A stretch of DNA of 38,025 nt from Candidatus Woesearchaeota archaeon (GTDB lineage Archaea > Nanobdellota > Nanobdellia > SCGC-AAA011-G17 > JACPNG01), in the NCBI GenBank assembly GCA_017609525.1, contig JAFCDT010000008.1, positions 1 through 38,025 on the forward strand, read 5' to 3'. The notes below the pieces were generated by a model. It was given only the letters and a program-made list of their open reading frames with translations, did not search any database and had not been told where the DNA came from. The position numbers and the translations under genes are program-made. The stretch's first letter is position 1; the number at the start of each line of letters is the position of its first letter. Shown in pieces: positions 27,771 through 36,374 of this stretch.

Positions 27771-29070
27771 ATAAAGAAGTTACTGCATTCTTAGGAAAAC
27801 CATAACAAGGAATATTGTGGCGTTCTAATTTTCTTTTTATTATTTCTGTTTTATTCCCTCCTGTTGCGATTACTATCGTTGGTTTTTTATTGTTTTTTAT
27901 TATAATGTCTGTTATGTCTTGGGTTAGTGTTGAAGTCTGATACAAGATGATTATAAGGAGAATGTTTATGTTCTTGTCCTTATTCGCTAATTTTATTGCT
28001 TTTTCATACCTTTTTGTTGTGGCATCTCCCACCAGGTCTAAGGGATTTCTAATGTTAACTGTTTTCGGCATTGTTTTTTTAAGAGCCATCCTTGTTTGGG
28101 GAGACAGTTCTGCCAGTTCTAATTTTGATTTATCTATCTCATCTGATGTAATAATTGAGTAGCCTCCCCCGTTTGTTATTACTAGTATTTTCTTTCCTTT
28201 TGGTTTTTTTAATTTAGAAAAAATCTTAGCAATATCAAATAACTCTTCTATTGAGTTGGCTTCTATTATTCTATTTTGTTTAAAGACTGCAGAATAGATT
28301 TTTGAATTTCCTGCTAGAGAACCAGTGTGAGATAAAGCAGCTTCAATACCTTTCTTTGTTTTTCCTCCTTTTAGGATTATAATTGGTTTTTTTATTTTAT
28401 TTATTGTTTTTATGAATTTTTTTCCATTTTGCACTGCTTCTATGTACATGCAGATCACTTTTGTTTTCTTATCTTTGTTTAGGTAGTTTAGTAGATCTGA
28501 TTCATCTGTGTTTGTTGCATTTCCATAGCTAATGAACTTTGCAAAACCATAATCTTGTTCTGAATAAAGATCTAAAATTGCCGCACCTATTGCACCTGAT
28601 TGACAGATAAAGGAGATATTTCCCTTTTTTGGCCTTTTTAGTTTGTTTTGAGGGAGAAATAATGTGTCTAGATTGTTTTCTGTATTCAGTATTCCTAAAC
28701 AGTTTACACCAATGCAGGTTATTTTGTATTTGTTTAGTATTGTTTTAACTTTGGTTTCTAGTTTAATGTTTCCTGTTTCTTTAAACCCGGATGAAATTAT
28801 TATTATGTTTTTGATCTTTTTTCTTCCACATTCCTCCATTATTTTCGGAACTAATTGTGCTTTTGTTGTTATAACTGCCAGATCTATTTTTTCTTTTACT
28901 TTTTTAACTGATGGAAAGGTTTTTTTCCCCAAGATTTCTTTGGTATTGGGATTTATGGGTATTACTCTGAAATCTTTTAGAAGATTCCTAAAGATTACAT
29001 TGCCTACTTTGTGTGTATGTTGTGAAGCCCCAATAACTGCAATTGTTTTAGGATAGAATAAAGATTTCAT
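27757..29070 (-). CDS. acetate--CoA ligase (ADP-forming) alpha subunit
   Basis: PKTIAVIGAS, GVNCLG, QSGA, AALSHTGSLAG (phospho-His), TNGGG, NPLDLVGDA. Confidence 0.92.
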   Translation of the reverse strand: MKSLFYPKTIAVIGASQHTHKVGNVIFRNLLKDFRVIPINPNTKEILGKKTFPSVKKVKEKIDLAVITTKAQLVPKIMEECGRKKIKNIIIISSGFKETGNIKLETKVKTILNKYKITCIGVNCLGILNTENNLDTLFLPQNKLKRPKKGNISFICQSGAIGAAILDLYSEQDYGFAKFISYGNATNTDESDLLNYLNKDKKTKVICMYIEAVQNGKKFIKTINKIKKPIIILKGGKTKKGIEAALSHTGSLAGNSKIYSAVFKQNRIIEANSIEELFDIAKIFSKLKKPKGKKILVITNGGGYSIITSDEIDKSKLELAELSPQTRMALKKTMPKTVNIRNPLDLVGDATTKRYEKAIKLANKDKNINILLIIILYQTSTLTQDITDIIIKNNKKPTIVIATGGNKTEIIKRKLERHNIPCYGFPKNAVTSLSKFL

Positions 29071-29123
29071 ATCACCTCTTTATTGATAGTTTCTGGTTAT
29101 TTATATATTTTGCTCATAAAAAG

Positions 29124-29366
29124 CTAATTTAGATGCAAAAGCTCTTTAATTTTTGTTTCATCAAAACCAACAACAATCTTTCCATCGATCTCAATTACTG
29201 GAACACCCATTTGACCTGATTTTTCCACCATTTCTTTTGCTTTTTCTTGATCTTTTCCTACGTTAACATCTTCAAACTCAATGTTGTGCTCTTTTAAGAA
29301 GTCTTTAGCTTTATGGCACCATGGACAGCTATCGGTTGAGTAAACTATTACTTTATGTTTTTCCAT
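29124..29366 (-). CDS. glutaredoxin/NrdH-like protein
   Basis: CPWC, SGQMGVPVI..GFD. Confidence 0.92.
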   Translation of the reverse strand: MEKHKVIVYSTDSCPWCHKAKDFLKEHNIEFEDVNVGKDQEKAKEMVEKSGQMGVPVIEIDGKIVVGFDETKIKELLHLN

Positions 29367-29429
29367 TTTAAATCCTCCTTGGGTTTGATAAAAATTTTCT
29401 CTTTATATATTTTATTATTAGACTTAATT

Positions 29430-30413
29430 TTAATATGGATTCTCTATTGTTGTTAGTGTTGTTTCTATTTCTGTTTCATTTCTTATTAATTTAATCTTTG
29501 CTTCTTGTCCTGGTTTAACCCATGCTATTATATTTCTTAGATGATTTATGCTTTCTATTTTTATACCATTTATCTCTGTTATTAAATCCCCTAGTTGGAT
29601 TCCTGCTTTATCTGCTGGACCATCTTTGAGAACTAAAGCCACTAATGCCCCTTTGGCTATATGGCCTTCTCCTCCACTATCGAGGACAAATTGATTCTGA
29701 CCACTTATTCCCATATAGCCCCTAACGATTCTCCCACTTTCAATAAGTTCATTCATCACTTTCTTAGCTAAGTTACTGGGGATTGAAAATCCCAGTTCCC
29801 CTCCAATTAAATCAGAAACAATGAAGGTATTGATCCCCACTAATTCTGCATTTAGATTTAGTAAAGGTCCTCCTGAGTTTCCTGGGTTAATAGAGGCGTC
29901 TGTTTGTATGAAATCCCTGTAGTCTGTTGGCCCCTGGTCACGATGTTTTGCAGAAATTATGCCTGAGGTAACAGTAAAATCATATCCATAGGGATGACCA
30001 ATGGCAATTACTTCTTCACCAATTTTTAGTTTTTCTGAATCTCCGAACTTGATGGTTGGAAGATTTGTGTCGTTTACTTTTATTACTGCAAGATCTACTT
30101 TCTCATCTATTCCAACCACTTTTGCTTTCCTTATCCGATTATCTGAAAAAATCGCATGTAATTTTGTAGCGTTTTTTATAAGGTGAGCATTTGTTAAAAT
30201 AAAACCATTTTCTTTTACTATCACACCGGAACCTGCTTTTCCGTCTGCAGTTATTGATACAACAGATGGGGTTGCTATTCTAGCTACCTCTTCGGGGGTA
30301 TTTTCTTTTAATGTATTCTTTGTTTGACTGTAAGTTATTAGAAGTCCTATTTGTAGCAAGATTACAATACCCAATAATACAACTATTGTTTTCCTTAAGG
30401 TTTTTCTTCTCAT
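29430..30413 (-). CDS. HtrA/DegP-like serine protease with one PDZ domain
   Basis: TNAH, DLAV, QTDASINPGNSGGPL; N-terminal membrane anchor. Confidence 0.93.
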   Translation of the reverse strand: MRRKTLRKTIVVLLGIVILLQIGLLITYSQTKNTLKENTPEEVARIATPSVVSITADGKAGSGVIVKENGFILTNAHLIKNATKLHAIFSDNRIRKAKVVGIDEKVDLAVIKVNDTNLPTIKFGDSEKLKIGEEVIAIGHPYGYDFTVTSGIISAKHRDQGPTDYRDFIQTDASINPGNSGGPLLNLNAELVGINTFIVSDLIGGELGFSIPSNLAKKVMNELIESGRIVRGYMGISGQNQFVLDSGGEGHIAKGALVALVLKDGPADKAGIQLGDLITEINGIKIESINHLRNIIAWVKPGQEAKIKLIRNETEIETTLTTIENPY

Positions 30414-30437
30414 CTTAAATTAAAAAAAGAAAAGAAA

Positions 30438-30782
30438 CTAATATCTCTTGAATTTGATTCTTTCTTCGAAATAATCAGAAATTCTTGAGCCGTCTGCGTT
30501 TCGTATATCTGTTCTGCTTTTTGTAAAGTATTCATATTCAAATCTGTACCTTTGCCTATAAAATGGTGTGTTGTAGTAGTAGTTTCTATTATGGTAAGAT
30601 GGGTAGTAGTGCTGTGTGTATGGATAGTATCGATAGTTTGGATCATACTGATAATATTTGTGATATGCTGGATAATCTGATGTGTACCTGCCATTTGGCC
30701 CTGTTGGAGCATAGTAATATGCTGAAGCAAAACTAGATATCACAAATATGCTCAAGATTAAGCACATAATCAATTTTTTCAT
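30438..30782 (-). CDS. secreted tyrosine-rich low-complexity protein
   Basis: MKK + hydrophobic stretch + ASA signal peptide; about 25 Tyr; GAGGTGA/GGAGG SD upstream. Confidence 0.75.
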   Translation of the reverse strand: MKKLIMCLILSIFVISSFASAYYYAPTGPNGRYTSDYPAYHKYYQYDPNYRYYPYTQHYYPSYHNRNYYYNTPFYRQRYRFEYEYFTKSRTDIRNADGSRISDYFEERIKFKRY

Positions 30783-31369
30783 TTAGCTCCTCCCTCACCT
30801 CTCGCATTTTTAGATGCATTCTCTTTTAAAAATCTTTTGATTAGGGATCCTATCAGGATTATGGCTAGAGATAGCAAAAAGGCTTGAATTAGGAAGAGAA
30901 TAGCAAATTTGTGAAAGAAGCTCAATGGGTATATATCAAGCAATAGTGAGCCTTTGGGAAGAAGCCATAAGTTGTTTCTGAAGAGGATATAATGCATGCT
31001 GATAAATATTGGCTTAAAAAAAGCTACAATAAGAATTAATAAGCCAACTATTACAAATAAAGAGAGTTTCCCCGCTTTCAGTACTGTTTTTTGAATATTT
31101 GGTTTAATATTAAATAACAATAGACCGTAAATAGTCAGTAAAAAATAAAAGATTAAAGATATTTTATTTATTATTGATTTTACATCTTTTAGATGTAATT
31201 TTTCTCTTTCTGAGAAATTATCATTAAGTTGTGCTTTGTTTTTTAAATAGTCTATTACATTTTTTGCATCAGGACTTTTGGAAGAATAATTAATTTCAAA
31301 AAGAGTTAGTTTAAATGATAGTAAAAGAATTATAAAAGGAGTTAGGATGATGAGTAATTTATTCTTCAT
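30779..31369 (-). CDS. DUF1461 / Lit (lipoprotein intramolecular transacylase)-like membrane protein
   Basis: FSEREKLHLKDVK and FISMHYILFRNNLWLL..LL..YPLSFF motifs; four TM helices. Confidence 0.8.
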   Translation of the reverse strand: MKNKLLIILTPFIILLLSFKLTLFEINYSSKSPDAKNVIDYLKNKAQLNDNFSEREKLHLKDVKSIINKISLIFYFLLTIYGLLLFNIKPNIQKTVLKAGKLSLFVIVGLLILIVAFFKPIFISMHYILFRNNLWLLPKGSLLLDIYPLSFFHKFAILFLIQAFLLSLAIILIGSLIKRFLKENASKNARGEGGAK

Positions 31370-31751
31370 TTAAATTACATTCAGATATTGCAGAAAGCCT
31401 ATTTAAAGACTGTTCCCCTACATATTTTTGTCCATTTATTATCCATGTTGGATAGCCATTGATACTGGCTTCTTCGCATTTTTCAGGTTGTGCGTTCTTT
31501 CCTCTTGGATCACATTCAATGTAGCCCCCTAATGAATCAAATATTTTAAATGAACTCTTAAACATTTCTTTCTGGTTTTTACAATGAGGACACCAATATG
31601 CACCATACAACTTTGCATCTTTTTCTATTAGACAGGTTACAAAGTTGTCATAATCTTTGTTGTTGGTTGTTAAGCCTGTCATCTTAAACGGAATGAATAT
31701 ACCTATTATCAGAACAACTGCTACAATTAAGACAATCCATGTTTTTTTCAT
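31359..31751 (-). CDS. membrane-anchored thioredoxin-like protein (VKOR-partner type)
   Basis: YGAYWCPHC..QK..F, YIEC, C...INGYPTWIING. Confidence 0.85.
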   Translation of the reverse strand: MKKTWIVLIVAVVLIIGIFIPFKMTGLTTNNKDYDNFVTCLIEKDAKLYGAYWCPHCKNQKEMFKSSFKIFDSLGGYIECDPRGKNAQPEKCEEASINGYPTWIINGQKYVGEQSLNRLSAISECNLNEE

Positions 31752-31836
31752 AGGTTTTTTAGATTATGGGTAATATAAATACCTTTCTATTTAGGGATAA
31801 CATAATTTTATAAAGAGAAAAACTGAATATTACGGC

Positions 31837-32580
31837 ATGTTTTATCATAACATCAGTCCTGTTTTATTTCATATTTTTGGTCTAGAGGTTAGGTATTATG
31901 GCTTATTTTATTTGTTAGGATTTGTAATAGCTTATTTTTTTATGAAGTTTTTGGCTAAAGAAAGAAAATTAGACTTAAAAAAAGAAGAAATACTTGATTT
32001 TCTTTTTTATATTTTGATAGGCGGAATAATTGGAGCTAGGATTGGCTATGTTCTTTCACATCTGTCGAGTTATGTTGAAAATCCGCTGTCTGCTTTGTAT
32101 ATTTGGCAGGGGGGATTGGCTTTTCATGGTGGTTTGATAGGAGCACTAATTGTTGCTTTGTTCTTTTGCAAGAAAAAGAAAATCAGCTTTTATAAGTTAG
32201 CGGACATTACAGTGATTCCCTTTTCGTTAGGCATTGTTTTGGTTAGGTTGGCTAATTTTACTAATGGCGAACTTTATGGCAGGATAACTGATGTTGCATG
32301 GGCGGTTAAGTTTAAAGGTGTTGAAGGTTTTCGGCATCCTTCACAAATATATGCTTCTATTAAAGGTTTGGCCATATTTCTTATTTTGTTTTTAACAAGA
32401 AATAAAAAACATAAAGATGGTTATATTTTTTGGCTATTTATCACCTTATATGGTTTATTTAGATTTTTTGTCGAATTTTATAGGGAACAAATCTACCTGT
32501 TTTTGGGAATATCTTTTACGCAAATTTTAAGTATTATTATGTTTTTAGTAGGGATATACTTTGTTTTTAAAAAGAGGTAA
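31837..32580 (+). CDS. lgt: prolipoprotein diacylglyceryl transferase
   Basis: RYYGLFY, GARIGY, GGLAFHGG, RLANFTNGELYGR, RHPSQIY, YGLFRFFVEFYR. Confidence 0.93.
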   Translation: MFYHNISPVLFHIFGLEVRYYGLFYLLGFVIAYFFMKFLAKERKLDLKKEEILDFLFYILIGGIIGARIGYVLSHLSSYVENPLSALYIWQGGLAFHGGLIGALIVALFFCKKKKISFYKLADITVIPFSLGIVLVRLANFTNGELYGRITDVAWAVKFKGVEGFRHPSQIYASIKGLAIFLILFLTRNKKHKDGYIFWLFITLYGLFRFFVEFYREQIYLFLGISFTQILSIIMFLVGIYFVFKKR

Positions 32581-32583
32581 ATA

Positions 32584-33150
32584 ATGAAAGAGAGCATTAG
32601 AAGAGACATTTTGCATGTATTGCAGGATAGTTTGAAAGCAATACAGGAAAAAGATGCCCTGAAATTAAGAGAGGTTAGTGATCATGTTATACATGATTGT
32701 ACTGTTTCTCAGGAAAGCGAGGTTGTTTCTGTTGCAGTAATTATTTATTCTTTATCTAAAATTTTTGACAAATGGCAGCATAGAGATGATAAAAAGTGGA
32801 AAAAATTCAAGATAAGGGTTGTTAATGACCTAAATAAAGCATTGCAGTTTCTTAAAGAAGGGAATGTCACCAAGTATAAAACTATTTTACAGGGATTTTT
32901 TAAAGCCATTGGAGATATTGATAATAAACTGGGCTTGTATATAAGCAAGGTTATAAGTCAAGCAAAAATTAAGAAAGGTTCGAGAGTTTATGAACATGGT
33001 TTGTCTGTTTCAAGGGCAGCTGAGATATTAGATATTTCTATTTGGGAATTGATGAGTTATTTAGGCAATACTAAAATTGTTGACCAAGATCCGGTATTAA
33101 CTAAGAAAGTTAAAGAAAGATTGATTTTTACAAGGGGGTTATTCACATGA
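32584..33150 (+). CDS. helical protein with C-terminal UPF0175-like HTH
   Basis: HGLSVSRAAEILDISIWELMSYLG. Confidence 0.7.
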   Translation: MKESIRRDILHVLQDSLKAIQEKDALKLREVSDHVIHDCTVSQESEVVSVAVIIYSLSKIFDKWQHRDDKKWKKFKIRVVNDLNKALQFLKEGNVTKYKTILQGFFKAIGDIDNKLGLYISKVISQAKIKKGSRVYEHGLSVSRAAEILDISIWELMSYLGNTKIVDQDPVLTKKVKERLIFTRGLFT

Positions 33151-33863
33151 GGGCCATGGTTTTTGATTCAAGTTCAATAATAACTTTGGCTACGAATAAT
33201 TTATTATGGACCTTAAAACATTTGAAAGAGAAGTTTCAAGGCAATTTTTACATTACAGAAGGGGTTAAAGAAGAGGTAATTGACCGTCCTCTAAAAACAA
33301 GAAAGTTTAAACTAGAAGCCATGCAAATTTTAGCTTTGGTTTCTGAAGGTATTGTAGAAATCTATAGCAATAAAAGGGTTCAGGAAAGGGCAGCTTATTT
33401 TTCTAATTTAGCCAATAATATTTTTGAAGCACATGGGAATTTTATTAAGATTGTTCAAAAAGGAGAAATGGAAAGTTTGGCTTTGGTTGAATATTTGAGT
33501 GCAAACGCTTTTGTAATTGATGAAAGAACCACCAGGGTATTAATAGAAGAACCCACGAGGTTAGCAAAACTTTTTTCCCATAAGTTGCATACTCCTATCA
33601 AGGTCAATAAAAATGGTTTAAGAGCATTTAAAGAATTAGTGAATGTTAATGTGATTAGGAGTGTGGAGCTGATGACCATTGCATATGAAATGGGACTTTT
33701 GAATAAATATCTTAATGAGAAAGAAAAAGAAATTGCTAATATTGATTTGAATAAGACTTTGTTAGAGGGTTTACTTTGGGGATTAAGATTAAAAGGTTGT
33801 GCGATTTCTACTAATGAGATAAATGAAATTATGAGATTGAAGGGTTTTAGTGGGCGAGGGTAA
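33147..33863 (+). CDS. PIN-domain protein
   Basis: VFDSSSII, V.EEV, GEMESLAL, IDERTTR acidic motifs; ATGA overlap with upstream gene. Confidence 0.75.
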   Translation: MRAMVFDSSSIITLATNNLLWTLKHLKEKFQGNFYITEGVKEEVIDRPLKTRKFKLEAMQILALVSEGIVEIYSNKRVQERAAYFSNLANNIFEAHGNFIKIVQKGEMESLALVEYLSANAFVIDERTTRVLIEEPTRLAKLFSHKLHTPIKVNKNGLRAFKELVNVNVIRSVELMTIAYEMGLLNKYLNEKEKEIANIDLNKTLLEGLLWGLRLKGCAISTNEINEIMRLKGFSGRG

Positions 33864-33898
33864 GATTTATATATTCTAGCTTAAATCTTTTTCTTTGC

Positions 33899-33972
33899 GG
33901 GGGCGTAGTTTAACTTGGCTAGAGCACGCGGCTCCAGACCGCGAAATGGGGGTTCAAATCCCTCCGTCCCCA
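33899..33972 (+). tRNA. tRNA-Trp(CCA), intronless, CCA end not encoded
   Basis: Acceptor stem GGGGGCG/CGTCCCC, anticodon arm CGCGG-CTCCAGA-CCGCG, T-arm GGGGG-TTCAAAT-CCCTC; TATA box 33866-33873. Confidence 0.95.
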
Positions 33973-34110
33973 TATCACTTCTAATGATGATAAGATTAGA
34001 ATAAATGGATTCTGATGTTGGTTTTAATTCTTTTATAATATATTTTTTACCATCCAAAAGTTTATATATGCTTCTTAACTGTTGGATAATAAATATTTTA
34101 GGGGGGAATT

Positions 34111-35382
34111 ATGATGAAAAAGATCTTATTTGCTTTAATTGCTTTGGTTGTTTTAAATATAGCCCTTGCCCAAGATTATGTTCTAGATAAGGTAGAAATT
34201 GATGGAGCAACTGTTCTAGAAGATGGTTTGGTTGTGGGGAGCGGAGCAGTTTTTCTTGAAAGAGGGAGTACAGCAGATATAGAGGTTTTTGTTAAAAGTT
34301 TAGATGGTGTTGATTTTGAGGCTATAAAGGATGTTAAAGTTAAAGCTTGGATTGGTGGATATGAGTATGGAGATGTAGAAGAAACAAGCGAAATCTTTGA
34401 CATTAATGCACCAAATGTAGTTTATAAGAAAACTTTAAGATTGGATATTCCAAATGACCTTGATGTAGATGAAGGGGACTATACACTATTTGTTAAGGTT
34501 TTTGATAGAACCGATAGTGTAGAAGAAAGCTTTGATGTTTTTCTTGAAGAAAAAAGACATCTTTTGAAGATACAAGATGTTATTCTAAGGCCAACAAATG
34601 TTGTGGATGCAGGAGCACCTCTTTTTGTTGTTGTGAGAGTGGAAAATCTAGGTGATAAAAAAGAAGAGGATATTAGAGTAAGCGTTAGTATCCCAGAACT
34701 AGGTCTTAGCACAAGGGACTACATAGATGAATTGGCTGCACATGAAATAGACAATGAGGATGAAGAAGATTCTGAATCAAGTAATGAGATTTTCCTAAGA
34801 ATACCAAAAGATACTGCAAGTGGTTTATACACATTAAAGGTTGATGTTGAATACGATAGAGGACATAAAACAGTAAGTAAACAAGAAACCATTAATGTTC
34901 TAGGTAAGGAAAAAGAAGAAGTTAAAAAACCAGCAGAAGCAATGGTCGTTGTTGATAGTTCTAGCCAGAGCGTTAGAGGCGGAGAGGAAGCATTGTATAG
35001 ACTTACCTTAATGAATACTGGCGAAGAAGCAGAACTGTATTCTCTAGAAGTTAGTGGAGAGAAATTATTTGCAAGTTCAAGAGTCGATCCTGGATTTGTA
35101 TTAATCAAAGGAGGAGAAAGTGCTTCTTTTGATGTTATAGTCAGGGCGAACGAGAATGCAGACGGCATTAAGAACTTTGTTGTTAAGGTTAAGGCTGGAG
35201 AAACTATTATTAAGGAACTACCACTTAGCTTAGAAGTGACTGGAAGATCTTATGATTTAGGTACTGTTTTGGTTGCAGGTTTTATTGTGTTGATTGTGGT
35301 TTTGATTATTTTAGGAGTAGTACTTTTGGCAACCAAGAGTAGACCTGAAGAACCTGGATCAGAAGGACAAAGCTATTACTAA
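34111..35382 (+). CDS. acidic exported Ig-like/CARDB surface (S-layer-like) protein
   Basis: Signal peptide, beta-rich repeated modules (VRVENLG, LMNTG), C-terminal TM and short tail ending YY; GGGGGG SD-like motif. Confidence 0.7.
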   Translation: MMKKILFALIALVVLNIALAQDYVLDKVEIDGATVLEDGLVVGSGAVFLERGSTADIEVFVKSLDGVDFEAIKDVKVKAWIGGYEYGDVEETSEIFDINAPNVVYKKTLRLDIPNDLDVDEGDYTLFVKVFDRTDSVEESFDVFLEEKRHLLKIQDVILRPTNVVDAGAPLFVVVRVENLGDKKEEDIRVSVSIPELGLSTRDYIDELAAHEIDNEDEEDSESSNEIFLRIPKDTASGLYTLKVDVEYDRGHKTVSKQETINVLGKEKEEVKKPAEAMVVVDSSSQSVRGGEEALYRLTLMNTGEEAELYSLEVSGEKLFASSRVDPGFVLIKGGESASFDVIVRANENADGIKNFVVKVKAGETIIKELPLSLEVTGRSYDLGTVLVAGFIVLIVVLIILGVVLLATKSRPEEPGSEGQSYY

Positions 35383-35435
35383 TTTCTTTTTTTCTTTTTC
35401 ATAATTCTTTTAAAGATTTAACGATTAACTAATTT

Positions 35436-36374
35436 ATGCATAAATTCCCCAAACTAAAGAACAAAACCATCCTAGCTCCAATGAGCGGTGTAACTGATAT
35501 AGCTTTTAGGGTTCTGGCTAAAAAATATGGAGCTGGTTTAACATATACTGAGTTTGTGAGCGGTGCTGCCTTGGTAAGAAATTCTAAGAAAACTTTTGAT
35601 ATGCTCGTGGTTGATCCAACAGAAAAGCCTGTTGCTGTGCAGTTGTTTGGAAGTAATGCCAAAGAAGTTGTTGAAGCAGCAAAATTAGTCGAGAACAAAT
35701 TTGATGTTATTGATATTAATTGTGGATGCCCTGTGTATAAAGTAATTAAAAAAGGTGCGGGAAGTGCTTTACTAAAAAAACCAGAGAAGATTTCAGAGTT
35801 GGTTAGCAAGTTGGTTAATGTAGTAAATAAGCCTATTACCGTAAAGATTAGGTCTGGTATTGATAAAAACCACATTAATGCTGTTGAAGTGGCTAGGCTA
35901 GTTGAGGATAGTGGTGCTAGTGCTATAACAATACATGGCAGAACTCAAAAACAGAGATATGGTGGAAAGGCAGATTGGGAAATAATAAAAAAAGTTAAAG
36001 AAAGTGTTAATATCCCTGTTATTGGAAATGGGGATGTAGATTCTCCTGAAGTGTTTAAGAAGAGATTGGAAGAAAGTAAGGTTGATTACATTATGATTGG
36101 GAGAGCAGCTATGGGCAATCCCTATATTTTTAAACAGATTAATGATTTCCTGCATAAAGGAAAATACAAAGAAGAAGATAAAATTGAATTGTTTTTTGAA
36201 TATTTGGAATTAGCTAAGAAATACAAAATAAAATATAACCTTATTAAGGCTCATACTATTCAGTTAACCAAGAGTCTTCGTGGTAGCAGAAAATTAAGGA
36301 GCGAATTAGTTATGGCTGATTCTGTTAAAGAGGCTTTGAAAATAATAAATAAACACCCTTTGGGTTATAATTAA
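35436..36374 (+). CDS. dusB: tRNA-dihydrouridine synthase (DusB-like)
   Basis: LAPMSGVTD, QLFG, DINCGCP, TVKIR, IHGRT, GNGDV, MIGRAAMGNP. Confidence 0.9.
   Translation: MHKFPKLKNKTILAPMSGVTDIAFRVLAKKYGAGLTYTEFVSGAALVRNSKKTFDMLVVDPTEKPVAVQLFGSNAKEVVEAAKLVENKFDVIDINCGCPVYKVIKKGAGSALLKKPEKISELVSKLVNVVNKPITVKIRSGIDKNHINAVEVARLVEDSGASAITIHGRTQKQRYGGKADWEIIKKVKESVNIPVIGNGDVDSPEVFKKRLEESKVDYIMIGRAAMGNPYIFKQINDFLHKGKYKEEDKIELFFEYLELAKKYKIKYNLIKAHTIQLTKSLRGSRKLRSELVMADSVKEALKIINKHPLGYN

Noticed and set aside
30410-30730. Same-strand alternative-frame ORF (Thr/Ile/His-rich)
   Set aside because: Frame-shifted reading of the Tyr-rich gene, which has the signal peptide and SD
33899-33972. tRNA as integration site of an island
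   Set aside because: No duplicated tRNA 3' end or integrase found in the window
34005-34190. 61-aa ORF with several Cys
   Set aside because: Spans the promoter and the out-of-frame start of the surface protein gene; no SD or family
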